64,000 bases of DNA from an uncultured virus (IMG/VR IMGVR_UViG_649633079_000003) (IMGVR_UViG_649633079_000003); one strand, 5' to 3'; counted from the first letter of the stretch, positions 10,147-19,427 are shown. Translations and numbers: made by a program. The notes: a model not told the origin generated them from the letters alone.

Positions 10147-10356
10147 GGGTAAGTATTGAGAGCGACCCGTTCACTGGGGGTATCAGTGGCGATGACATTC
10201 GTACTTGTCACATCTTTTTAAGATGTTTTTGACTTAAAAAAGTATTAGGTCGAACGCTGAACGGATGACGATTAACGAGGTTACGGCATGACGTATAACG
10301 AACGCTATCTAAATTTGGTGGATAAAATCCAAACGAAAGAAAGCTCCGTCTTACCC
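10147..10356 (+). ncRNA. Structured RNA candidate with a periodic ACG tract, downstream of the DIP1984-like gene
   Basis: Closing helices gggtaag/cttaccc and gagc/gctc, three internal hairpins, eight ACG at 10254-10304. Confidence 0.6.
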
Positions 10357-10819
10357 CGATTTTTTGTGAAGAGTAAAGTTAAGCAATATAGCGGATGTTG
10401 GAGGCGGCTACCCAGGATAACCAACAACACAAGATGGGTTGACTCTAACCTTTCAAAAGTAGAGCTACAGGCTGGGGATTGCTTAATAATTATTGTTTTA
10501 GTGAAGCGTTGGCTTAAAGACCGAAGATAGTTTGCGATTTGCTTATTCTCAACTTCGATGGAATTCACTTGAGAATCTTTATTTTTACAGTGCAATTTGT
10601 TGGGAGTGATGTAGTTGCCTAATTGGAATTGGATTTACATCGTTTGGTTGGGACTGCTCTGTTTAGTTGAAATAGTTTTTATTGTATTTTCGTAAGTGTA
10701 ACGGAAGCTATCAATAGTATCTACTTAATTAATGCCTTCGTTTGGATAATTGTAATCGCGATATGCATCATTCTTCACTACTATACAGGAGTGAAGTCGT
10801 GGACTAATGTTGTTAATTT

Positions 10820-10904
10820 GGAGGGTTGACCGAGTGGACGAAGGTAGCGGTTTTGAAAGCCGTAGGGGTGAAAGCTTCCGTGGGTTCGAATCCCACACCC
10901 TCCT
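10820..10904 (+). tRNA. tRNA-Ser(TGA)
   Basis: ggagggt/accctcc acceptor, gcggt-ttTGAaa-gccgt, long variable arm, GGTTCGAATCC. Confidence 0.93.
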
Positions 10905-10928
10905 TCCATTAAATAAGGATGTGGAATT

Positions 10929-11135
10929 GTGAACTTTTTTAAGTGGTTTTTGTATGACATTTCGCTTGGGAGAGCAGTAACCGTGCTGGCTTTTTCTTAC
11001 CTTACAACGACGATCATCGGAAACGAACGAACGGGTGTTTTTACTTGGTTTATTACGCTTTTATTTTGTTTGAGCATGAATTATTTAAGTTATATCGTAC
11101 AAGGGAGTGAGAGTCATTACGATTCTAACTCCTAA
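10929..11135 (+). CDS. Small membrane protein
   Basis: Two hydrophobic segments, 68 aa. Confidence 0.55.
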   Translation: MNFFKWFLYDISLGRAVTVLAFSYLTTTIIGNERTGVFTWFITLLFCLSMNYLSYIVQGSESHYDSNS

Positions 11136-11242
11136 TTCAATTAAATAGACTCTTCGGAATGAGGGTAGGAGTGTATTGGCACACTCTGTTTAACAAGAGG
11201 GAGGGAGAGGTTCTTGTTAAATAAAATAGTTGAGGAGGTTTT

Positions 11243-11458
11243 ATGATGAATGTGTGTACCCGGTGTAATACAAAATTGAGTGGGAGTCGTTGTGGAAAAT
11301 GTAATACTTCTTCCCATGTAAAATCGACATCCAGTGTATCGAGTAGTGATCTTTTGACGTACAGTACAATCTCCAGCATTTCAAGCACAATCAGTAGCAG
11401 TCCAGACTGTTCAAGTAGTTCCAGTTTTGACAGCGGAAGTTGTAGTATTGATTTTTAA
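11243..11458 (+). CDS. Small Cys/Ser-rich protein
   Basis: CxxC...CxxC followed by a Ser-rich tail; RBS gaggagg. Confidence 0.65.
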   Translation: MMNVCTRCNTKLSGSRCGKCNTSSHVKSTSSVSSSDLLTYSTISSISSTISSSPDCSSSSSFDSGSCSIDF

Positions 11459-11536
11459 TTTTCTTCTTTGTTGAAAACATGGGTACATGTTTACCCATGT
11501 TTTTAATGAGGGTTCTGAGGATGAGGTGGATTCTAT

Positions 11537-11824
11537 TTGAAAAAACAATGTCTGGTGTTGCTTAGCCTTTTTGTTTTAATTTTGTTAGCTGGGTGTTCAG
11601 AAGATTACACGATTGATAATGCGAAAGTTGTTTCAAAATCACATGCTGCCGATCGAGATACGTACTTAATCACACTCGATAAAAACGGCAGTCGCTATAG
11701 CTATACGGTTGTTCGCAGTGAATTTGATCTGGTTAATGAGGGGGCACTGGTGGATGTAAAAGTTAAACATGGATTTTTTGACTTTCCTGTAGAAATCATT
11801 CCATCAGAAAGACATCCCAAATGA
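11537..11824 (+). CDS. Lipoprotein
   Basis: Lipobox LAGC. Confidence 0.75.
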   Translation: MKKQCLVLLSLFVLILLAGCSEDYTIDNAKVVSKSHAADRDTYLITLDKNGSRYSYTVVRSEFDLVNEGALVDVKVKHGFFDFPVEIIPSERHPK

Positions 11825-11863
11825 TGAAAGGTACAGAAACGATAGAGATAGGGGTGAGTTATC

Positions 11864-12187
11864 ATGTTTTATCATGTGTATACGGATCGATCAGAATTGT
11901 CTGTAGATGAAGCTGTGGCAGTAGCCGAGACCAACCATGGTTACCGTTATGGGGACATGAAGAAGGTACATGTTCTTGTTTCAGGGTTGGTCAAGTATCC
12001 TGGTTTGATTAAAGACGTTTTAGACTTACTCTTACATGGCGAGAAGGAGAACAAGCTTGTTGTACTGCAAAATGACGTGGATCAGCAGTCGATCAAGCAT
12101 TCACTCGAAGGTAAAGTGCCTGCTATGTACAGAACAATTGTTAAATATCTGAATCAAGTGGTAAAAAAGAAAACTGTGGCGGTGTAA
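11864..12187 (+). CDS. Hypothetical protein
   Basis: ORF with RBS ggggtga. Confidence 0.65.
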   Translation: MFYHVYTDRSELSVDEAVAVAETNHGYRYGDMKKVHVLVSGLVKYPGLIKDVLDLLLHGEKENKLVVLQNDVDQQSIKHSLEGKVPAMYRTIVKYLNQVVKKKTVAV

Positions 12188-12303
12188 GTTCCACTTTGGC
12201 ACGATGCCTGAATATTTCATTTTGGTTGTGCTAACCGAGAGGCAAAAATGTGAGTCTCTTCAGTAAAGTTAGATAAGCATCGTTTAAGAAGCGATGCAAT
12301 TAT

Positions 12304-12410
12304 GCTGATATAGCTCAATGGGTAGAGCAAGTGATTTGTGTGCTGTACGTACAATGTGTCGGCTGGTTCACAAATGTTAGGTTGGGAGGGTTCGAGTCCC
12401 TTCGTCAGCG
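12304..12410 (+). tRNA. tRNA-Thr(TGT)-like RNA with an expanded anticodon arm (107 nt)
   Basis: Acceptor gctgat/gtcagc, D arm tagctcaatgggtagagca and T arm gaggg-ttcgagt-ccctt intact; about 30 extra nt after tttgt. Confidence 0.65.
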
Positions 12411-12536
12411 TCGTATTAGGTAAACGTTTTTCTACCAGGGCAAGATGAACCAAAAAAGGATTGGAATAGAATTTATCGCTCACCGATGGTAGGAAGAATA
12501 GCATAAATAATGAAATGCGAGGGAGACTTAGCAATC

Positions 12537-12776
12537 ATGAAAGAGCTGGAATTGATGCTTTTGAACATGTGGTCGGAATGTGGGATTGAGGAAATCTATA
12601 AATATAAGAATAGAATCAAAGCGTTTAAAGAACCTTTACTGAATATCGAATTGTTTTATGATTTGACTTATCGATTATTCTCAGATGTTGAAGATATCGC
12701 AAATCATGAAGATTCGTGTCCTAAGAATTACAAGCTGAGTGTCAACGCCTTAATTCAAAGCAGAAGCCGAGCATAG
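12537..12776 (+). CDS. Hypothetical protein
   Basis: ORF with RBS gaggga. Confidence 0.55.
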   Translation: MKELELMLLNMWSECGIEEIYKYKNRIKAFKEPLLNIELFYDLTYRLFSDVEDIANHEDSCPKNYKLSVNALIQSRSRA

Positions 12777-13024
12777 TTAACTTCAAGTGTTTACATATGT
12801 TTTACATGATGCTTCTCTTAACAGTGGGAAAGCATCGTAGGTTTTGAACATATGTTGGTTTGCAGAGTGTAAGCAGGGAATTGTAATGCATGTGTGGCAA
12901 TCCTTGACCTAAACACAAGCATTAAAAAGCGAGCCAGAGGTTCATGTTCTCTGAGTTAAGCTTGACCAATGATTGACCTCATCAATATTGGTTCACGAAG
13001 TAGCTAATTCGTGAGCTGATATTC

Positions 13025-13095
13025 GCGGGGGTAGTTTAACGGTAGAACTTCTGCCTTCCAAGCAGAGAGTGAGGGTTCGATTCCCTTCGTCCGCT
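13025..13095 (+). tRNA. tRNA-Gly(TCC)
   Basis: tctgc-ctTCCaa-gcaga and GGTTCGATTCC; one G-G acceptor mismatch. Confidence 0.9.
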
Positions 13096-13126
13096 TTGTT
13101 TTATTACTGTTTAGGAGTGAAATATA

Positions 13127-13258
13127 TTGAATTATAAAGCTTTAGCTGCTTGTGTCGGATTTGTGGTTGTGGGTGCAGTTACATACTTACTGCATGAGTC
13201 CGGTTGTTTGTGGTCATTAATTTTGATTTATTTTATTGTTGACACCATTGATGGATGA
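13127..13258 (+). CDS. 43-aa membrane peptide (absent from ORF track)
   Basis: RBS aggagtga + TTG; MNYKALAACVGFVVVGAVTYLLHESGCLWSLILIYFIVDTIDG. Confidence 0.55.
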   Translation: MNYKALAACVGFVVVGAVTYLLHESGCLWSLILIYFIVDTIDG

Positions 13259-13301
13259 GAGAACTTCGTAGGAAAGCCACGAGCAGAAGTGGCTTTTTTA
13301 T

Positions 13302-13502
13302 ATGAGTCTTTGGAAAGCTGCCATGGAGATTAGCAGGGGGCAGCATGAAACGGTGAAGGGGCGTATTCCGTTTGAGTATGTCGACTGATCATCGATGTCC
13401 GAATTTGCATCTATGGGTGCATAGAAAACGAAGTGAAGTGGACAAGTCGTCAATCATAGGGACGATATCGTGTGGTGGTGGTAGGGAGAATTCCACACTC
13501 AT
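13302..13502 (+). ncRNA. Multi-hairpin ncRNA candidate (~200 nt)
   Basis: atgagt/actcat closing helix; gctgcc/ggcagc, aaacgg/ccgttt, tgtcc/ggaca, tcgtc/gacga, gtgg/ccac. Confidence 0.45.
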
Positions 13503-13539
13503 CATTATGAAATAAAAAGATTCTTTGGAGGTTATAACG

Positions 13540-13803
13540 ATGTCCAATCAATTAATACTTGTTACGGAGCCTGATACAGGGCTGGAATGGCTTTATGTAA
13601 ATGGAATTCAGGTTACTTCGGGCGAACCTATATATGCCGAACAGTGGATGTCGGCGCTTAAAAAATATATGGTGTTTGATCGGGTTTCATCTGTAGAACT
13701 TACAGAAGCGTTTGATCAACGCGTCGACTATGATTATGGTCATGTGCCAACACATTACGATCGTTTTCAAGAAGGAGATTTGAAAGAAAAAACAATCGAT
13801 TAA
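13540..13803 (+). CDS. Hypothetical phage-like protein
   Basis: RBS ggaggt; ORF. Confidence 0.65.
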   Translation: MSNQLILVTEPDTGLEWLYVNGIQVTSGEPIYAEQWMSALKKYMVFDRVSSVELTEAFDQRVDYDYGHVPTHYDRFQEGDLKEKTID

Positions 13804-13824
13804 GGAGTAGGGAGGGAGTTAAAT

Positions 13825-14028
13825 GTGAGTATCCAAGCATTACTAAATCAATACAAAGTGTTGATTGATTTTACAGATAAAACACAAAAAAGTAACTTTA
13901 AATGGGTTAGCTCTTTTCTAACTTATCAAAAGAAGAAACACCCGAATGAGGATAATGAATCCTTTTTACTGGATGCGATTGACATTCATAAGCGGTACCT
14001 ACTTACACACGGAAGTGAAAATAATTAA
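13825..14028 (+). CDS. Hypothetical protein
   Basis: RBS ggagggag + GTG. Confidence 0.6.
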   Translation: MSIQALLNQYKVLIDFTDKTQKSNFKWVSSFLTYQKKKHPNEDNESFLLDAIDIHKRYLLTHGSENN

Positions 14029-14120
14029 GTCCTATCGAGATTGTGGAGATTCTCTCCAGCATTCAATAACGTTCTCTTAGGACGTTTTTTTAACTATGAC
14101 TTGAAAGGAAAAAAGGTGCA

Positions 14121-14333
14121 ATGAGGAGATTCGATGAAGTTCCACTCGAAGTGGAATTTACAGGACAACTACGTATCAAAAATGTACCTCATGTTAAACA
14201 AAACGTATCTTTGACGGGATTTGAATATACAGTTAGATCGAGCGTCGAAGCAAAGTTGGCAGATATTTACCAATACATGCAGCACAATGGTATAAAAGAA
14301 TTCGATTTCAACGAATACGAAATCTTAAAATAA
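14121..14333 (+). CDS. Hypothetical protein
   Basis: ORF with RBS. Confidence 0.6.
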   Translation: MRRFDEVPLEVEFTGQLRIKNVPHVKQNVSLTGFEYTVRSSVEAKLADIYQYMQHNGIKEFDFNEYEILK

Positions 14334-14394
14334 TAAATTAAATCTATTTTTGAGTTATAAGTAGAGAGGAGGAGTCGCCATTTTTTCGAATAAA

Positions 14395-14919
14395 ATGAAT
14401 GTGTTGATAGAAATGAACAAAGCACTTGAAATTGAAAATAAAGCTCTTGTTGCTGAAAATGAGCGTTTAAAACAGACCCTATCCTGGTCGTATGAACAGA
14501 AAACAATCATAAATGCATTCAGCTCTCTTGCAAATTTAAATTTCGATTATATAGGTGATTTATTTCAAGAAAATGAAATTGAAAAGGTTGAGATCCATTC
14601 ATTCATGAGGTTTGGTGAAGCTGATGAATGCTTTGTAGGCTTACGGTATGGTGTGAAAATGTTTGGTATCAATAGAGAAGGTTGTAAACAGGAATACCTT
14701 TCGATCCCTGTATTTGAAATAGGCGATGGTTGTTTTTATAATCAACGTGCTAATGCAAGACGACTGAATACGTATACCTTCACGCGCCATATGGCTGATT
14801 ATATTGAGAGCGAAGTGTTAAGAGGATGTGCGAGAAGAGAATATACGATTACGATCAAAAGGACAGAAAGTAAAATTGACGACTTGTTATACTTTAAAAA
14901 GGAACAGGTCGAAACATAA
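14395..14919 (+). CDS. Hypothetical protein
   Basis: 174-aa ORF followed by a terminator. Confidence 0.65.
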   Translation: MNVLIEMNKALEIENKALVAENERLKQTLSWSYEQKTIINAFSSLANLNFDYIGDLFQENEIEKVEIHSFMRFGEADECFVGLRYGVKMFGINREGCKQEYLSIPVFEIGDGCFYNQRANARRLNTYTFTRHMADYIESEVLRGCARREYTITIKRTESKIDDLLYFKKEQVET

Positions 14920-15042
14920 ACAATCTAAAGCATAAAGTTTGCAATATTAATGAAGACGGATACGAATCCGTCTTTTTTTTGTTTTAAATACAGTCAAAAA
15001 ATGCTATTATAATGACTATAGACAATGAAAAGAGGTCAATTA

Positions 15043-15708
15043 ATGAATATTCAAAATGATATTTTGAGTAAGTACATTGAATTCCAAAGGTTTTTAGACG
15101 GCATTAACATGGAGGAACTAAAATCTTTATCTCGTGAAGATTTAAGCACATTACAAAAAAAACTTCATGAGGTGAACCACCGCAATTTGCCTTATGAGAT
15201 TGGGAAAATGATTGCAAAGAAAAAGGAAGAAGAATTTCCACAGATTTTAGGTATTCATCATTATCCTGAGTTGCAAGAAATCGCATTCTTGAATGAAGCT
15301 ACTAAGTTTAGAATTGATAAACACTTAATTTCTTTTCGTGTAGGGCAATATCTGAATAGTTTTTATCGCTTCATTACCAGCAGTAAAAAGCTGCTTATGT
15401 TGGAAGACTTCCTGGTTGAAAAAGGAATTGTAGAGCAAGTGTTTATTGTTAAATGCCCTTGCTGTACACATGGTCATTTATCGAAGCCCTTGACAATAGA
15501 GGCATGGGATGCGTTAAAGGAAAAAATTCATTCGTTTGAGGATGAGGAAGACTTTGATGCTTTGAGTGATGAGGGATTATTAGAATCTTTCTGTACGGAA
15601 TGTGATGATGAAATCGACCTTGCCCTGCTTAAAGATGAAAATCGCATTGTGGTAAAAAAAGCTTTGAAACTAATCAAAGGTCGGGATACCAGGTACGATA
15701 ACGTCTAA
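15043..15708 (+). CDS. Hypothetical protein with CxxC pairs
   Basis: CPCC...CTEC; RBS agaggt; operator pair upstream. Confidence 0.7.
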   Translation: MNIQNDILSKYIEFQRFLDGINMEELKSLSREDLSTLQKKLHEVNHRNLPYEIGKMIAKKKEEEFPQILGIHHYPELQEIAFLNEATKFRIDKHLISFRVGQYLNSFYRFITSSKKLLMLEDFLVEKGIVEQVFIVKCPCCTHGHLSKPLTIEAWDALKEKIHSFEDEEDFDALSDEGLLESFCTECDDEIDLALLKDENRIVVKKALKLIKGRDTRYDNV

Positions 15709-15782
15709 AGAGAGGCGGCTTAGGTAATTGTTTCGAGAGCATCGAGCAAGAGAAATCCATTTACCCATAAGGAGAGAATTAT

Positions 15783-16109
15783 ATGACAAACAAATTAACA
15801 GTTAAACGTGTTTTGGTACAGGGAAGTGCAGAGTTTCGAATTAATTGCAATGATTTAATGGCATTGGTTACACCAGAGCAGGCAGCGGATGAAAAATATA
15901 TGCAAGAGTTTTTTCGAGCGGAGGCTTACCGTATTTTGGCAAGTGGACACAGTAGTGATTCTCAGGCTGAGTATGAAAATGATGTGTCTGTGCTTGTGAG
16001 TGAAGAAATAGCTGCTAAACATACAGGGAAAATCATAAGTGCAACGTTATGGTCGGATATTCTTACAGACAACATAAAAACAAGGACGAAGTGTAACCAC
16101 CGCGACTAA
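15783..16109 (+). CDS. Hypothetical protein
   Basis: RBS aaggag. Confidence 0.6.
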   Translation: MTNKLTVKRVLVQGSAEFRINCNDLMALVTPEQAADEKYMQEFFRAEAYRILASGHSSDSQAEYENDVSVLVSEEIAAKHTGKIISATLWSDILTDNIKTRTKCNHRD

Positions 16110-16301
16110 AGGAGAGACATATAAACTGTGATACATCAATGTACCCGTTGTGGTGGAACAATGCTTGACTGGGAAGTACATTACGACGGTTTATGTCCTG
16201 AATGTGTGCTGGAAATCGCATCTGACCAAGAGAATGAAACGGAAGTTGGAGAGGCATAACTGCCCTTTACCCTGTACCCCTATATAAGGAGCGGACTAAA
16301 C

Positions 16302-17051
16302 ATGAAAAATCAAGAAAAGGTAATTCTGAATCCCGATCAAAAGGTGGTAGCTCTTAAATCTACAAAGGAATTGTTCTTTGCAGCTAAGCAATTGCACGAT
16401 TGGATCACTGAAGATAATCTATCGAAAAAAATGGGAGGTATCCTTCCAAGTTTGATAGAGAGCCATTTCACCGATGTTGCGAAAGTTCTGGATTACAATA
16501 GCAAATTGACCATGGAGCAGGAAGAACGATATCAAGAGATTCGAAGAGCGAATGAACGTATACACGAACTGGAGAAACAATTGGGAGAACAAAAGCCTAT
16601 TGATGGATTGGCTGAGCAATTGGAGTATTTGTCGAGAGTCGTTTCTGATTGGTGGAATGAATATGGTTTTCATCATGTGTCTGAGGCGAGTTTTACACGG
16701 TCTGGAATATATAAAGCTAAATTTTCGTTTATGCTCGAATATTTGAGCACATTTAGTAAAACTCCAGTAACAGATAAGGAAAATCGTAAAGAACGGATTC
16801 AAGAACTAATAGAAGAGGGATGGGACATTCTCCATGAAGAGAATGGATACAGCCCTAAACTGGTAGACAACGACAATAACCGTTCAAGGCTCATCAACTT
16901 AATTAAATCCCGCTTTCCTTCTGCCAAAATCATTAGAACAGGAAACTGGTTAACTGACGATGATAATGCGTTTACCTTCCGCGATATCGAAGTATACATC
17001 TATGATCTTCATGACATTATTACTGCTCAAGTGGAGGAAGAACAGTCTTGA
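16302..17051 (+). CDS. Hypothetical phage/plasmid protein with a coiled coil
   Basis: 249-aa ORF; RBS aaggag. Confidence 0.75.
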   Translation: MKNQEKVILNPDQKVVALKSTKELFFAAKQLHDWITEDNLSKKMGGILPSLIESHFTDVAKVLDYNSKLTMEQEERYQEIRRANERIHELEKQLGEQKPIDGLAEQLEYLSRVVSDWWNEYGFHHVSEASFTRSGIYKAKFSFMLEYLSTFSKTPVTDKENRKERIQELIEEGWDILHEENGYSPKLVDNDNNRSRLINLIKSRFPSAKIIRTGNWLTDDDNAFTFRDIEVYIYDLHDIITAQVEEEQS

Positions 17052-17322
17052 GTCCGAGCACAGTAAAGGAAGGGAAGGGAAGACATACCACAATGGTAAA
17101 GGCGAACAACGAACGGTAATCTTGATCCATCGCAATGGAAAAGACGGCGTGCTCTTCTACAACAAAGAGCACGATAACGGTTGGTATCTGATGACACTGT
17201 TGGGATTTGCAAAATGGGCAAAAGGTGAGGTATTGGGAAGGAGTTACAGTCATGAGAAAGAGACTTCGAAAGAAAGAAATAAAGAAATGGGCGCTGATTA
17301 CAGAGCCGGAGACAGGGGTTGA
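17048..17322 (+). pseudogene. Small gene frameshifted by (GGAAG)3
   Basis: Removing one 5-bp unit restores MSPSTVKEGKTYHNGKGEQRTVILI... Confidence 0.55.
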
Positions 17323-17440
17323 TCCTCTGCATTGCGAAGAATGCGGAAGAAAACTAAAACCATGGAGCAATAAATACCATTGGAACTATGGCACGTGTAA
17401 CAGTTATTGCTATGGAAAAATGGTGAGGGTGTATGTATGA
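17252..17440 (+). CDS. Small Zn-finger-like protein
   Basis: CEECG...CNSYC; RBS aaggag. Confidence 0.6.
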   Translation: MRKRLRKKEIKKWALITEPETGVDPLHCEECGRKLKPWSNKYHWNYGTCNSYCYGKMVRVYV

Positions 17441-17916
17441 GTGAACGGACATATGAGCTACCTTCAGGCAATGAACTGACCGTAGCAAAAAACAATACTG
17501 TTTGGTATGGATTTCCTGGTAATAAGTCAATGTTGTCAGATTTCTACTCTATTTTAGACCTGCTTGATTTGGTAGACTCACTCCAGCAGCAGGTTAAAAA
17601 GTTATCGGAATACAAAGTATCTTCTAAGCAGTTTGGAGAGCTTTACGATAAAGCCATTTCTGTTGTGCGACAAAATGAGAGTAATCAAAAGAAAGCGGAT
17701 GATAATTACCGTGCTTTGCTGGAGGAGACCATTCAACTTCGTGATCAACTGGCAGAGATGCAACGAGAGAGGGATCGGACTATCGCCGAGCTACGAGAGG
17801 ATCTGGAATTTTACGCGGAGAATGGAAATTACCGCGAACGCATAATTGGTTGGGGACCAGAAATACCAGTGATTAAAGATGGAGGGCGTCGCGCTCGTAA
17901 ATCATTGGCGGAGTAA
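17437..17916 (+). CDS. Phage-like coiled-coil protein
   Basis: Translationally coupled (ATGA overlap). Confidence 0.65.
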   Translation: MSERTYELPSGNELTVAKNNTVWYGFPGNKSMLSDFYSILDLLDLVDSLQQQVKKLSEYKVSSKQFGELYDKAISVVRQNESNQKKADDNYRALLEETIQLRDQLAEMQRERDRTIAELREDLEFYAENGNYRERIIGWGPEIPVIKDGGRRARKSLAE

Positions 17917-17958
17917 CCAGCAATATAATACGCTCAGGCGTGGAAGGATGATAGATAT

Positions 17959-18105
17959 ATGAATAAAATCGGACTGTTTTTAAACGGAGAATTGATAATT
18001 GAATACCCAAATGAGCCAGACTGTTATGTGGAGGCTGTTGATGATTGCAAAGAAGCGATTGAAAAAACAGGTATGTTCTATGAGTTGAAACTTTTTGAGG
18101 ATTAA
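17959..18105 (+). CDS. 48-aa cassette-like ORF
   Basis: RBS ggaagga; MNKIGLFLNGELIIEYPNE...KLFED; flanks shared with 19217-19393. Confidence 0.6.
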   Translation: MNKIGLFLNGELIIEYPNEPDCYVEAVDDCKEAIEKTGMFYELKLFED

Positions 18106-18130
18106 ACCAATACAGGGAAGGATGATAGAT

Positions 18131-18559
18131 ATGTCGGTAAAGGATATGACAGACCAGCAACTTAACCGTGAGCTGGCTGAGTTGATGGGCTATATCGTCA
18201 CAGAAGGCGAGCACGACCTTTGGCCAGAATGGTACGAATTAAAAAAGAATGGAGTAGTGCAATCCGGAGACCTCGACAAAGACTGGGCATGGGACAATGC
18301 ACCAGACTACTGCTCTGATGCTTTCGCCTCTCTGGAGGTACAGGCAGCAGCTATCAAAGCAAATGACCGACAGTATGCCATTAACTTAGCGAAGCGCCTT
18401 GAATGGGATGGGGACGATTTGGAATATAGCGATAACGATGTGTTTTCCTACACCGGAGTAACAGTCTTTATGCTCTCCAACCCACGCCAGAGGGCAGAGG
18501 CTGCTTATATGACATTGTCGAATAGGGTGAAGCACACTAAGGAGGCAGAACAGTCATGA
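18131..18559 (+). CDS. Phage ABA-sandwich/BC1872-like protein
   Basis: MTDQQLNRELAELMG...PDYCSD...PRQRAEAA pattern. Confidence 0.55.
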   Translation: MSVKDMTDQQLNRELAELMGYIVTEGEHDLWPEWYELKKNGVVQSGDLDKDWAWDNAPDYCSDAFASLEVQAAAIKANDRQYAINLAKRLEWDGDDLEYSDNDVFSYTGVTVFMLSNPRQRAEAAYMTLSNRVKHTKEAEQS

Positions 18560-19160
18560 GAAACTGGACATATAGCGAACACGATGGCAAACATATCATC
18601 AACGACGATCAAGGTGTGTTGGTTGCAATGGTTGTGGATGCTAAAACAGCGGAACTGATCATTCGACAGCACGAGGAGGCGGTAAAGGTGAGTGAACGGA
18701 TAATTAATTTGCCGGACGGTCTGGAACCTATGTCAGAAGAAGATTTAAAAACGATTTGGAACAAAGCCGACGATGCTCGGGGTGAAGAAGCTCATATGAG
18801 TAATGATGTGTTTGATTTGGTCAACGCTCTTGATGCTGCTTATACGCAAATAGACTCACTCCAGCAGCAGGTAGCCCAGCTACGCTTTGGACGGGATGGA
18901 TTCAAAGACCACAGGAACGAACTGGTTATAGCAAATACGTCACCCGATTGGCAGAGAGGGACCGGACAATAGCCCGGCAAAGCGCGGCACTGGAGACGGC
19001 AACAGACGCCCTGAACGGAATATTAAACGGGGAATGGTCTGAAACCATAGATGATCAGTTTCTGGAAGTATGGACCACACGCCGTATAAATCCTTCCCGT
19101 ATAGCGGATGAAGCTTTGTTTGCAATAGGTCAGGAGTTAGAGACATTAGGTAGGGAGTAA
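18556..19160 (+). pseudogene. Mosaic, frameshifted paralog of 17437-17916 (ORFs 18556-18972 and 18948-19160)
   Basis: Shared blocks SER..xLP.G, DSLQQQV and ERDRTIA, split across two frames. Confidence 0.5.
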
Positions 19161-19216
19161 CCACCAATACAATACGCTCCTGCACTCTGACGGAGCGTTG
19201 GAAGGATGATAGATAT

Positions 19217-19393
19217 ATGAGAACGATAACTATTAATGGACAATATATAATCCTTGCTGGAGTATGCGCAGAAATTGAAGGGCGTGCAGTCGGATATGAC
19301 AGCATAGAAGACCGCGTAACGATTGTTATAGACGAAGAGGAAACAGAAATAACAACCTTTTCGGATAATGTAAAAAGGATAGACAAGGATTAA
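19217..19393 (+). CDS. 58-aa cassette-like ORF
   Basis: MRTITINGQYIILAG...RIDKD; flanks shared with 17959-18105. Confidence 0.6.
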   Translation: MRTITINGQYIILAGVCAEIEGRAVGYDSIEDRVTIVIDEEETEITTFSDNVKRIDKD

Positions 19394-19427
19394 ACCAATA
19401 CAGGGTGTAGAGGGGAAAACCCCCTCG

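Noticed and set aside
10288..10595. ORFs 10288-10530 (+) and 10305-10595 (-)
   Set aside because: No convincing RBS; they overlap structured non-coding sequence
12845..12858. LexA/DinR (Cheo) box gaacatatgttg
   Set aside because: Mismatch in the GTTC core and no clear associated promoter
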